A DNA stretch of 63,593 bases, counting the filler, from Cercozoa sp. M6MM (Eukaryota; Protista; Endomyxa: Ascetosporea), in the NCBI GenBank assembly GCA_040357565.1. It is 16 parts of 16 records of this genome, joined end to end, with 100 filler letters (N's around TTAATTAATTAA, not from the genome) between each part and the next. Parts side by side here need not be neighbours in the genome. Positions count along the whole stretch, not along the records: positions 35,389 to 38,451 come from JBDODJ010001626.1; positions 38,552 to 40,112 come from JBDODJ010001996.1; positions 40,213 to 41,671 come from JBDODJ010002026.1; positions 41,772 to 45,362 come from JBDODJ010001389.1; positions 45,463 to 52,011 come from JBDODJ010000721.1; 11 more parts are not named here. One strand, 5' to 3'. The position numbers and the translations under genes are program-made. Of this stretch, positions 35,405 through 47,239 are shown piece after piece. The first letter of the stretch is position 1; each line of letters opens with the position of its first letter. The notes beneath the pieces were generated by a model that was given only the letters and a program-made list of their open reading frames with translations, did not search any database and was not told the origin of the DNA.

Positions 35405-36598
35405 CTGCGCAGTCGCGGTAATTGCTGCGTTCGCAGCAATGTCTGCAGGGGGGTAAAGAGAGAGGTGGGGTAAAGAGGGGGTAAAAGGGGGTAAAGAGGG
35501 GGGTAAAGAGGGGGGTAAACACGCACCTTGAGCTTGGAGAAGAAGTGCGGCGTCTGCGAGAACTTCTCGTCCAACTCGGAAATCTCAGCATTCAGCGGAG
35601 TCTACACGTGACCCAGTGAGTCACTTGATCTCCCGAGTGATTACTCAGTCAGGTGGTCACCCAAACACGTGCCAGAGGGGGGGCAACAGTACCAACTGGA
35701 GCGACAGCTGCTCGGCGCGTTCGAAGTCGTCGTCGTCGATGGCCTGTGCTTGCTCCGCGCACCTGCCAGGGGGTAAAGGGGGGGGCTTTAAAGGTGGCAG
35801 GGGGCAAGGGGTAAATTTACAACTGGTGCAAGCGACGTCGCTTGTGCAGCAACTGCTCGAGTGTCTGACTATAGCCATACAACCATACATCCCGTGTGGG
35901 GGTTAAGGGAGTAGGAGGGAAGGTACCCATGCCGGGAAGAGATGTCGCCGCACTGCGTAAGCACTGTGTGGACCACCTGCCAGTGCGCACGCTCGGCCGC
36001 TTCCTGCCGAGGGGCAAGCGGGTAAAGTGGGGGGGGGGGGTAAAGGGGGTAAAGGGGGTAAAGAGAGTACAGCCACAGCGTCGGCGTCGTCGTCGGCACT
36101 TGGTTTCGGAGACGGTGCCGGCATTGATGCCAACGGTTTCGATGGCGATTTCGACACGATCTCAGTGGAAGCAGTGGCTACAGGGGCGGCTACAGGTGTG
36201 GCTACACTGGTGGCCACAGGGGCGGCTACAGGGGCGGCTACATTGTTGGCTACATCGGTGGCTACAGGTGCGGCACTGTCGGCACTCGCGTTGAGGAAGG
36301 CAAACGCGCTGCCCGAGTCCGTCTGCATGAAGGCGAAGCTGCTGGCACCGTCGTTGACACCGTCAGTCACACTGTCGTTGACACCGTCAGTCACACCGTC
36401 AGTCACGCCGTCAGTCACACCGTCAGTGTCGCCGATCTCCATGCCGGCGAACATGTCGTCGTCGTCCATAATCACATCGGCAGCACTGTCTGCTTGTTGC
36501 TGTCCTTGTGCTTGTTGTTGTTGCTGCTGCACCGGTGGCTGTTCAGGCGCAGGATCTGTCCGCGCGGACGAGCCGCCCAGCACATTCCAGAAACCCAT
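35405..36598 (-). CDS. Protein with UVR (UvrB/C-type) motif and low-complexity N-terminus; 3' partial
   Basis: MGFWNVLGG..., VTDG and VAAP/VAT repeats; QAQAIDDDDFERAEQLSLQL resembles a UVR motif. Confidence 0.65.
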
Positions 36599-36790
36599 CT
36601 ATCGCTGGGACAACAACTAAACGGCGCACGAGTGTGTTTGTATTGCTGCTGCACTGGGGAAACCGCGGGTTGGAACTCTCAGCGCGCTTCAGCCCATCGG
36701 AGTTGTTTTGGCAACAAACAGGATTTTTGGATCCAGTCCAAGGCGGGACATCTGCATATCCCGCTGCGGTAGCTTAGCGTTGGACGCAGT

Positions 36791-38348
36791 ATGGTATGTC
36801 GCATTCGTAGCATTTCTGGCATTGCTTTTTGTGAGATTGTTGAGGATGTCCTTGGTGTACAGGCCCTCGCTGAGAGTGCGCCGCTGCTGCTGCCGGGTTG
36901 GCAGCACAGCACGCGTGCCATCTTGTCAGGCATCACATCATCCATTGCGTTTCGCTTCTTGCGGAATGAAGGTGGCGATGGCGCGCCTTGGTCGCTCGCT
37001 CTCACCGTGGTGCGTTCGCTCTGTGTGCATGTGTGTCGCCGACTCTTGTTTGAGACACACGGGATCCCCATGTGCACAGCTGCCGGAGAACAGGAGTCTG
37101 CAGCTGCAGCTCGACATGCCAGCAAGCGATGCGCCCGAGTGTGTCACGCGGCATGCAGATACCTTTGTGTTCTGCACCGTCCAGGGTCGCCTGGCACACG
37201 TCGATCTGGATGACAATCACACCGAGTTGATTCGGGTACGTGCTTCCCATTTGTGAACATCTGTCTGTCTCTGTCCTATCTATCTGTCCTATCTATCTAT
37301 CTGTCCTATCTATCTATCTGTCCTATCTATCTATCTGTCCTCTATCTATCTGTCCTATCTGATCTGCCTGTATCTATCTGTTTGTCTGTCTATCTATCTG
37401 TATGTATGCTTGTCCACATTGCAGGTATCGCATGTATTCCCTGCGACAGCGCTGTGTAGCACGTCGCGCGGCCTCGTCGCCGTCTCTGCCGACGGACGCA
37501 TCGCGCGCATCCTACAGCGGGTACCCTGTGCTGCCACGTGTGCTGTCTACTGCACGGAGTGTGTGCTGCAGGAGCGAGCACAGGTGGTGACGGATTTGCG
37601 CGAGGCGTTCAACGCGCCACCCGAAGTCGGCGTGGCCGCGCAGGTGTCACGCTTCGTGCGCGGTCTCTTCCTGCAGCCGCCGCGAGCAGTCGATCCTCCT
37701 GTACTTCCTTCTACTTTGTACTTCTCTGTATCTGTCTACTTTATCTATCTGTATCTATCTGTACCTATCGGTACCTTATCTGTCCCTATTTGTATCTCCC
37801 TATACCTACCTATTCCCACCCTATTCCCACCCTATTCCCACCCTATTCCCACCCTATTCCCATCTGTACCTATCTGACCTCTATACCTGTCTGTACCGAT
37901 ACCCATCCGCACCTACCTATACCCATCTGTACCTACCTATACCCATCTGTACCTACCGATACCTATCTGTACCTACCTATACCCATATGTACCTACCTAT
38001 ATCTATCTGTACCTATCGATACCTGTTATACCTGTCTGTACCTGACTGTCCCATCTGTATCTGTACCTGTCTACTATCCATACCTGTCTGTACCTCTCTG
38101 TACAGGAGCCGGTGCGCGTGTTGGCAGCGGCAGGCGCGGCGCAGCAGGTGCTGCTGCTGTCGTCGGACGGCGTGTTCCGTGCCGTGAGTGTCGACGTGTC
38201 CTCGGACCTGTGCGGACAGGTAGTGACACGCATCCCGCTGACGCAGCTGCTACTGCAACTCGCCAACAACAACGACGACGACGACGACACTGACCTGAGT
38301 TACGTGCGTCTGCGTGCTGCCTGCATGCGACTCTGTCTCAATGACCAG
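36791..38348 (+). CDS. Beta-strand-rich hypothetical protein (possible beta-propeller, weakly Nup133-like); 3' partial
   Basis: An ATG-only first exon, then in-frame exons with FCTVQGRLAHV, VAVSADGRIARI and LLLSSDGVFRAV. Confidence 0.55.
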
Positions 38349-38552
38349 GTGCTTACCCCCCTGTCCTACCCCCTATCATAACCCCTATCACAACCCCTAT
38401 CATAACCTCTATCATACCCCCTATAATAACCGTCTATCGTACCCCTTGTCTNNNNNNNNNNNNNNNNNNNNNNNNNNNNNNNNNNNNNNNNNNNNTTAAT
38501 TAATTAANNNNNNNNNNNNNNNNNNNNNNNNNNNNNNNNNNNNNNNNNNNNT

Positions 38553-38670
38553 GCACAGTGACCACACACGTGCACAGTGACCACACACGTGCACAGTGAC
38601 CACACACGTGCACAGTGACCACACACGTGCACAGTGACCACACAGAGTGACCACACAGACCACAGGCCAC
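38553..38670. repeat. Intronic 19-bp minisatellite (TGCACAGTGACCACACACG)n
   Basis: About 5 near-perfect units running into the contig end. Confidence 0.92.
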
Positions 38671-38697
38671 ACACACTGACCGTGAAAGGAAAGGTAC

Positions 38698-39193
38698 CAC
38701 GAATCAACACGCGACCGCGAAAGGACTCGTTGGTCACCACGGTCTTCATCCCGCCTGCAGGGGGGAGGGGCTAACCCCCACCGCCTAGGGAGGGGGGCAA
38801 AACGCACGACGAGTGTAGTCGATCGTCGTGTGCGACAAAAACGCGATCTCTTGCGCGTCAAATGCTACGACCCAAGGGTAAAAGTAGGCTGGGGGGGGGG
38901 GGGGTGTGTTAAGGTGACGCTACCTTTCTTGATAAATTCTGGCACATCGGGAACGACAACACCGCGCACGATGAACTCAAAACGCCGCTGTTTCGTATCC
39001 GCGCGGATGCGCACGAATTCAATTCGGTCCAAGCCTTTCAGCTCGGGCGACGGCACGTGCCGCATGCGTTCTTGGTAGCTCTGCGCCACGAGGCGCCAAT
39101 CATGGTCGTACCTGTCCAAACACACGTGACAATAGTGCACAACGACACCGTCTGACAGCGGTCCTACGTGTACTCCTCGGTGATTAGCACCAT
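38698..39193 (-). CDS. PRELI/MSF1-domain protein; 3' partial
   Basis: MVLITEEYDHDWRLVAQSYQERM...DVPEFIKKAFDAQEIAFLSHTTIDYTRRGMKTVVTNESFRGRV resembles the SEC14L1-type PRELI domain. Confidence 0.8.
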
Positions 39194-39431
39194 CGGCTAT
39201 CCGCGGCTATGCAAACAAAAACCAAAACATTTCTCAGGAATTCACCGGGCACTACAAAACACTACAGATAGACTCACTACAATCACAAAGGAATTAAAGT
39301 CCTACTGCTTCCTTCAATGCGGCGCGATCCCGGTTTCTGCAGTTCTCTACCGCGCCCTAAAATGTGACCTGAGTCGTCTCGTTTCGTCTACAGCGGCTCT
39401 GTGGTGTGCCTACGTGTGTGAGATCAGTGCA

Positions 39432-40038
39432 ATGACTACGGAGGAACTATCAGACGCAGGCGCGGTCTTTGTATCGTTTAATTATCACGTGAGGTTGTTT
39501 TTTTTTGTGTTTTTTTTTGTATTTGTTTGCCATGTGATTAGGAAACGGCGCAGGCGGCGTTCGATGGTAAGTTTAGAGCGTGTTATGTACTAAATATGTG
39601 TGAGTCTTATGTTTGCAGCACATGAGGCGGCCGTGAAGACACTCGAGGCGTCGTTGAGCGAGCTAGGTATCTCTGTGTGTCTGTGGTGTGCGTGTGTTTA
39701 GTGGCGTGTGTGTGTGTGTTCTTGTAGACTCGCTAGACGAGACCAAGTGCAACGAAATCGCTGTTCAGGTTTAGCACTTTTACCCCTCCCCTTTAATTAA
39801 TGTGTTCTCCCGATAGCTGATGTCGGTGCGACGGAGAGCGAGGGCGCTGGTGCAGTGGCAACACACGTGCACGCAGGCGCTGCTGTCGGAGGCCTCGGTG
39901 ACGCTGCAGGTCGGTTTTCCCTCCCTCTTTATCCACTTTTGCCCCCTCTTTGTCCCGTGTTACCTCCGCTCTTTACCCCCTCCCCCGTAGACACAACGCG
40001 ACTTGGAGGAAGCGACGGCAAAGAAACTTGCATTGGAG
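39432..40038 (+). CDS. Coiled-coil hypothetical protein (weakly THOC5-like); 3' partial
   Basis: Six short in-frame exons, MTTEELSDAGA...NEIAVQLMSVRRRARAL.... Confidence 0.55.
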
Positions 40039-40502
40039 GTGTTTTACCCCCCTCCCTGCCCCTTTTCCTTGCCCCTGTTACCTCCATGTTACCCTCTTAC
40101 ACCTTTACCCCCNNNNNNNNNNNNNNNNNNNNNNNNNNNNNNNNNNNNNNNNNNNNTTAATTAATTAANNNNNNNNNNNNNNNNNNNNNNNNNNNNNNNN
40201 NNNNNNNNNNNNTCTAATGTTCAGCTAGTGCGGTACAATTTGTACCTCTGGCTGAATATGCACCGAGCCAGCTTCTATAACCTTCCGACAATGCAATTTG
40301 AACAGTTGAGTTGCGTTTCTTGTTGTTCGGCTTCGACGACCTGAAAAAAACAATTGCAAGAGATGAGTCTACAACACTGACAACCCTACAAAATCGTGTA
40401 CAATTGAAGTTACTTGTGTGAGCTTCCGGAAACGACCGTTGACCGGCAGCTTTGGGTGCTGTATTTCGTTAATAAATTGTTCAGTTTATGTACATCGTAC
40501 AG

Positions 40503-41399
40503 TTTGGACAAGAAGTTGAGTTGGATCCCTCTGCTGCTGGTGCAGAACATTCGGACCTTATGCTTGCACCAGAGCTCCAGATGCCTAAAACTTCCAAAAG
40601 GAGTCTGGTTTTGGCGCAGAGACGTAAGCTGTGTTTTGTCTTGTTTGCAGACACGTGTACTCGCATGTTTTTTGTTTTTAGGAGCAAACATCTAGGCATC
40701 CGTGTCTGCGCGATCTCACCGTCGGTGACATTCGCGCTCACTGGGCGATTCAAGTGACACACGTACCTGCACTAACGATCAACAAATGTATATCGCGTCT
40801 ACCAAAGGATGCCAAACACCACCACATTGACTTCAGGTACTGTCTGTCTCGAATTTTGTCTCTGGTGAAGTATATGTATGATTTTCGGCGCAGTGATGAC
40901 CCGCTGTATAGCTCTTCGGCATCGACGCTGCGACGACCGTTCCAAATGCTGGTCCACCTGTGCGCTTCGCATCGGTATCTGGTCTCACCCCCTTCTTGTA
41001 CTGCATATACGTTTCTGTTTTGTAGCAAGACGTTGCTCAAGATTCTGCGCGGCCACTACGACAAAGTTTCATGGAACGCGCCTACACTCGCGAGTGCAGT
41101 TGGTGCCGACAAGATTCCAAAGTACCTTTCTCAACTTCGTCTTTGACGGGCTTGACCGAGAAATTGTGTTCTGTAGAGCCACCTTCTCCTCGAGCGTCGC
41201 TGGGCAGCCCGACGGTACTGCGGCCAAGCTTGTACTCATCCGCACCGGCATGGACTGCAACGCATACTTCACGCAGGTATCAGCATCGTGCTCTTTGCTA
41301 AATCCTTGAATCCATCACCTGTGCTGATTTGAGCAGGTGATGATGCGGGATAAGAAGCAAGCTGATCCTGGAGGGTGGCAAGTCACAAAAGGGCGGTAG
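40503..41399 (+). CDS. Hypothetical protein (5' end unresolved)
   Basis: In-frame splicing of 6 exons ending ...GGWQVTKGR*. Confidence 0.55.
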
Positions 41400-41832
41400 C
41401 GTTCCCCCCCCCCCCCGCGCGCGCTGGTACCGCCGCATTCAGCGTTCGCTTTCTGGCGAACAACCTGGGTGCGAAGTAAATTTAGCAAATACAGGCATGA
41501 CGCCGGTTCTGAATTGTTCTAATATATGACTTTGGTGAATCGCGGCTGTATTACTCATTACATGATCGCTCTTTCATTTGCTCCCAGAGGTAATCTAGGT
41601 GTGCACACGTGTGCGCACACAAATGTGGATATAAAACTACACCCAGAATCGCACCAGAATCGCACCAGAATNNNNNNNNNNNNNNNNNNNNNNNNNNNNN
41701 NNNNNNNNNNNNNNNTTAATTAATTAANNNNNNNNNNNNNNNNNNNNNNNNNNNNNNNNNNNNNNNNNNNNGGGGGGGGGGGGTGAAGGGGTAAATGGGG
41801 TAGTAACACACTGTCCTGCAAGTCCAAAATAC

Positions 41833-42234
41833 CTCACACGCACTCCGCAGTTCCTTCAGCAAATTCCGCAGCAGTGCCTGTCATACACCCAATAACATCC
41901 CAGGGGGGGGGGGGGGGGTAAAGACATACCCTCAACAGACACAGGTCGGTCGGATTGGCGATAACATCCAGCTGACTCTTGCTTAGCATCGGCTGGAAAG
42001 AGGGTCAACATGAGGGGAGGGAACAAGGAGGTAACAGGGGAGGGCTAAACTACGCTGGCCTTCTCGTCACACAGCTGCGCCGCCAGAGGACGCAGAAACT
42101 GCCGCTGCAGCAGGTCCAGTGCCTGCATCACAACAGTACTCTCTTACCATAACCCTCCGAACCGTCACCCGTAGTACCTGGGCATAGCTTTCGACGATCC
42201 GACTTAAAGCACACGGCAAATCCGCTGCGCCCAT
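41833..42234 (-). CDS. Divergent DH (RhoGEF)-like protein; 3' partial
   Basis: ESYAQALDLLQRQFLRPL..LSKSQLDVIANPTDLCLLRALLRNLLKEL resembles DH helices 1-3. Confidence 0.5.
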
Positions 42235-42541
42235 CTGCATTCACATGGGCTCCGAAACCAACAACACGCACCTCAATAAAACAAGCAATTACCGACACAA
42301 GCTCAGCTGCACTATGTCTTCAAACTCAGGTGCACTACTGTACAGTCGACTTTGTCAGGATTCGGTGAGGCTGGTTCAGTTTGTGATCGGGATCGAGAAG
42401 CGATTTTCGGATTCGGCTGTACAAACGGACTAGTATTCGGTACAAACAGGTAATAGCCAGACGGATCCGACAAAAGCTGTAGGTGTACAGGACTTAAACA
42501 GCGACCTGAGGTGCTGGAACGTGCTTGATTTGTGAGCAAGC

Positions 42542-44820
42542 ATGTATCCACCGTACCAGCAGGGTCAAGGTCACCCAGGACATTCCAGCCATTCCGGTCA
42601 GGCGCAGCAACCAAGGCACGGTCATCCTCCCAGTCACGGTTACTCGAGTCAGGGCTATTCGGGCCAAGGCTATCAGAGCCAAGGCTACCCGAGTCAGGGC
42701 TACCAGGGTCAAGGTCAGCCTCACCCGGGACGCCAGCATTCTCATCCCGGCCATGGACAGTCACAGCAGGCACAACATCCTCCCGGCTACGGGCATCCCG
42801 GGCAGGCGCATCCCGGACAGGCGCATCCCACACAGGCGCACCCCGGACAGGCGCATCCTAGTCACGTTGCTCACGGGTATCCGCGCGGACACTACGGTCA
42901 CCCTCACGGTCAAGCGCCGGGTCAGTCGCACGGACATCACGAGTCCTACGGGCAGCCCTACGCAGCAGCGGCACCAGGTGGCTACAGTGGCAGTGGTGGT
43001 GGCTACAGTGGTCCAAGTGGTGGCTACAGTCATGGTGGCTACAGTCGTGGTGGCTACGGCGGCAGTGGCGGCTACGAGGAGGTGCAGTTCGAGGTGCCGG
43101 CCGACGCGGATGTGGAGTCGGAGGCGCCGCGGCGCCGCTCTTCGCACAAAAAAAGCGGTCTGGCCGCTTTTGCCGAAGACCTCAAGTCGGGTATCCCTTG
43201 TTACCCCCTTTCCTCTTGTCCCTTTGACCTTCTTATTTTCTTGACCCCCTTAACTTCCCGGTAGGTCGCATAGCGTCGGAATCGCACAAGTACCGCAGCG
43301 ATGAGCGGCAGAACAGCACGAACCTCATTCTGCGCGGCATTCCGTCCGACTCGCTGCGTGCTGTGGTAGCACCTCTTTGTCTCCCTTACCCCCTCCCATC
43401 TCTAGCCCTCTTTACCCCCTCCCCCCACCTGTGTACAGAGCAGAAGCAACGCCGATGTAGAGGAACTCATCGCATCGCGTTTCGCGCGTTTCGGCGACGT
43501 CTTCCGCTTCCGCGTCAACTGGCCGCAGGGCGTCACGGGATACGACGCCGGTCTCATTCGCGGACGCTCCGGTCAGCACGAGGTGCATCCCACTTTTACC
43601 CCCCTTCTACCTCCTTGATTCCCTCCCCTTACCCCTTGTCAGTCGCATGTGTACATCGCCTACGGATGCCGGAGGTATTATATTACTCTATATACTATAT
43701 ACTATATGTACTATACTATCTAATATATACGATATGCTATATATATACACATATATATATATATATATATGGTGTGTGTAGGGACGCCGAGTACACACTC
43801 GAGGCTGTGCGACGACGCGCCGACTACTACAAGGTAGAGTGCTTTACCCCCTACCCCTTGCCCCCTGACCTTACCCTCTTTCCTTACCCTCTTACCTTCT
43901 CCCCTTTCCTTACCCTTTTACCTTACCCCCTTACCTCATCGCCCCCACGTTTGTGCAGGCACAAGGCAAGTTCAGCAAGGAGCAGGCGATGAACGAGGCA
44001 TTGTGCGACCTGCTGCAACTACCTGAGGTAGCTATGTCTCCTGTGTCTATGTCCAATGTGTATGTATGTGTATGTATGTATGCTTGTATGTATGTATGTA
44101 TGTATGTATGTATGTATGTATGTATGTATGTNNNNNNNNNNATGTATGTATGTATGTATGTATGTATGTATGTATGTATGTATGTATGCATGTATGTATG
44201 TATGTATGGACATATCTATGTACATATTTATTTATGTATGTATGTATGTATGTATGTATGTATGTATGTATGTATGTATGTATGTATGTATGTATGTATG
44301 TATGATGTATGTATGTATGTATGTATGTATGTATGTATGTATGATGTATGTATGTATGATGTATGTATGTATGTATGTATGTATGTATGTGTGCAGTTGT
44401 CGCACGACAGCATCATGTCGCTGGACGTCGGAAAGTGCGTGCCACTGCCGCCGCTGCCGGTCGCCCTGTGCGCCACGCCTGGCTACACCATACAGGACGG
44501 TACCCTGTCCATGTGTACTGCATGTGTACATGTGTACATGTGTACGGACGCTAGGCCTGCCGTGTGCTGTGCACGTGGACGAGAGAGTGCTCGGTTCCGA
44601 CAAAGACGCCGTCGGCAGCGTCGCCCATGGCACGCAGTTGGTAGTCTTGCCCCTTGCCCCCCTCCCCCCCCATTACCCCTGTTTCCCCATTATCTTTGCC
44701 TCCTTAGAGAGACACGGAGTTCGAGCAGCTGGCGGCGGCACTGCGAGAAATGGTAGAACAGCCGTCTGTATCTATGTATACATACATCTATATATATATA
44801 TATAATTATATTGATATTAT

Positions 44821-44851
<31 letters not shown>

Positions 44852-45294
44852 ATATATGTGTGTGTTTGGACAGGACTCAATGCAGCGACGTTCCATCGTG
44901 GCCATCTCTGCCTTCTGGTACACTGGGGAGTCACACGGGGATGGGGGTTGGAGGGACAAGAGGAGGGGTAAGGGAGAGGTAAAGACGGATGTTCCATGTG
45001 CTGCAGTCTCGGCCGAGGCGCCGGCAAGGCCGACGACGTCGCTTCCGTTTTGGTCGAGTCACTCACGCTGTCCGAGACGCCTCTCAGCAGTACCTTGCTC
45101 TGTCCTTTGTCTTGTTGGCCAATGCGGACACTCGCGGCGCCTCGCGTTTCCGTCTGCTGTACAGAACTGTCTTTACCTCCCTCGCTCACTCTGTCCCTTT
45201 GGCCGTTCGTCCGTCCTGTCAGACTGCTCGTTTGGTGTGCAGGTTCCAGCCGCACCTGCGCCAGATTTTCGAATCCTTCCGCGACCGTCTCAGC
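42542..45294 (+). CDS. U2SURP: U2 snRNP-associated SR140/U2SURP homologue (prion-like N-terminus, RRM, CID); 3' partial
   Basis: STNLILRGIP..FARFGDVFRFRVNWP..VYIAYGCRRDAE..GKCVPLPP (RRM) and AFCL..DDVASVLVESLTLSETPL..GASRFRLLFQPHLRQIF (CID). Frameshift near 45085. Confidence 0.78.
44058..44390. repeat. Intronic (TATG)n microsatellite
   Basis: Long array with an internal N gap. Confidence 0.95.
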
Positions 45295-45462
45295 GTACCA
45301 CACATGCTTCCTTCCTTCCTTCCTTCCTTCCTTCCCTTCCCTTCCTTCCTTCCTTCCCTTCCNNNNNNNNNNNNNNNNNNNNNNNNNNNNNNNNNNNNNN
45401 NNNNNNTTAATTAATTAANNNNNNNNNNNNNNNNNNNNNNNNNNNNNNNNNNNNNNNNNNNN

Positions 45463-45622
45463 GGTATTGTTGACGTAGGTGAACATCAGGCACGTTTTGC
45501 CAACCTAGGGGCAGGAACGGAAACAATCATTCGTCCAAACAAAGACACCCAGAACACCACGAAGCAACAAGAGCAGAACTCACTGCACCATCGCCCACAG
45601 CAACGATCTTCACGTTTTCCAT
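45463..45622 (-). CDS. Rho-family (Rac/Cdc42-like) GTPase, N-terminal fragment
   Basis: MENVKIVAVGDGA|VGKTCLMFTYVNNT (P-loop). Confidence 0.9.
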
Positions 45623-46056
45623 TTCTGGTGTCGCTAAGATAATGACCCAGCTGGGAGTGTGTTTAGAGAGAAAAAAGCACAAAGAAGTGCATGTATGATC
45701 ATCCTGAACTGTCTGGAATGTTGCGCGAAACTTTCCAGAAACTTTCGCGATTCTTCCGCGAGCATTCGTCGATCATTCTGATCTCGGCAACTGCAGTACA
45801 GTAATTACTGTACTATAAACTGAACAAAGCTGTCGGGTGATGCCAGGAAGTGATCCTTGGAATCTATTCATAAGATGACGAATCTGGGCTGGATGTCGTG
45901 CTGGATGCGGGTGTTATTGACTCGGCTTTGTTTCTTGGGAGCGTCATGGATAGGAGACCACTCAAGCTGCTGGAGGAGGCGGAAATGGATGAAGACAACG
46001 GCGTTGGCGGATTGAATCGCCTTCGATACCGAATGGGAAAGGAGGTGCCGTTGCTG

Positions 46057-47018
46057 TCAGTTGCTTGGCTGCTTTGTTGCCGGGTCCAGGTCGGAGAAGC
46101 CTCGCGCGAAGCCGCTGCGGCTTGTGATACGGGCTGACTTACTTGTGTGATGGTGTCGTCGTCGGCTTCGCTTGCACTCGGTGCCCAGTTCCAGTCGGGA
46201 TCTGTTGCCTACCAGGGTGACACAACCCGTTTTCACACCACCCCTTTCCGACAGTCGATGAAACTGAAAGCAAACCTCCGGCGGCTGTGAGTGCTGTAGT
46301 CCACCTCTCATTGACTGAAGCAACCATCTACTGACGTCAGATCGTAGCTCTTCGGATTCCAGATCTCGTGGTGCCTGTGCTCTTGACGATGTCGCAGTCG
46401 CTGGCGTCGGCATTGCTGTGGTGCTTTGGAGTTGATCTCCGGTTGCTGCATGGCTGTCGCTCTGCCGCCGAGAGCCAAGTCGCCTTTTCTTGCGAGGCGG
46501 CGGCTTTTGTGGCACCACAAACGACAAGGGACTGGTCGAAGAGGAACTCCTTTCGCTGCATAATGACTCAGCTCATTTCATTGCGATAGGAAGGCACCGT
46601 TGTATTAGCATTCGGGAATAAAGTGTAATAGCTCAATGTACCCGAGCTGGAGAGCGCTTGGAGACGCTGGAGTAAGCTCAAGCTGTCGCACAATGACTGC
46701 CCGATCGGGTGAGCTTCTTCGTTTGCGCGGGAGTGCCACTCGCTCGGGAGCATCACCGTGATTCTCATGGCTTCGACTGACGCTGTTTTCCACTGACTCA
46801 ATGGACACTTCTTCGATACTTAGAATTTCGTATCGTCGCGAAAGCTGCTTAGTCGAACTCTGGGTGTTGGTTCCTGGGCGCTCTGCTTTCTCTGCACTCG
46901 ATGCAGAAGTTGCTACACAATACAGGGCTGAAACTAAATTTAAATTGCATATTGCACCCCCTATCGTCGCGTTGGGGGAGTGAAGCGGCTGTCGACGCTC
47001 TTGCGACTCGCCAGGCAT
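46057..47018 (-). CDS. Hypothetical protein
   Basis: ORF segments 46605-47102 and 46057-46527 with a basic NLS-like PPRKKRR; model uncertain. Confidence 0.4.
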
Positions 47019-47239
47019 ACCTAAGACCGTGTTTTGTCGACCTGGGGCACGGATTAAAGTTAAAATTGAGTCGGAAAACGATAGGTGTCCACTTGCGGTC
47101 AACTTCAGTCGAGAAACTGAACAAAAAACTTGTTCAGTTTGGGGCCGTCGTCCGCTCGGATGCCAGAAAATTATTACAGCTCACGTGCGGTTTTCACCGA
47201 CAGCACTTCTGGAACCCTTGGATTACCTCGTACACCCCA

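Noticed and set aside
38553-38670. Regular 19-bp repeats resembling a CRISPR array
   Set aside because: They are head-to-tail with no spacers and lie inside a eukaryotic intron.
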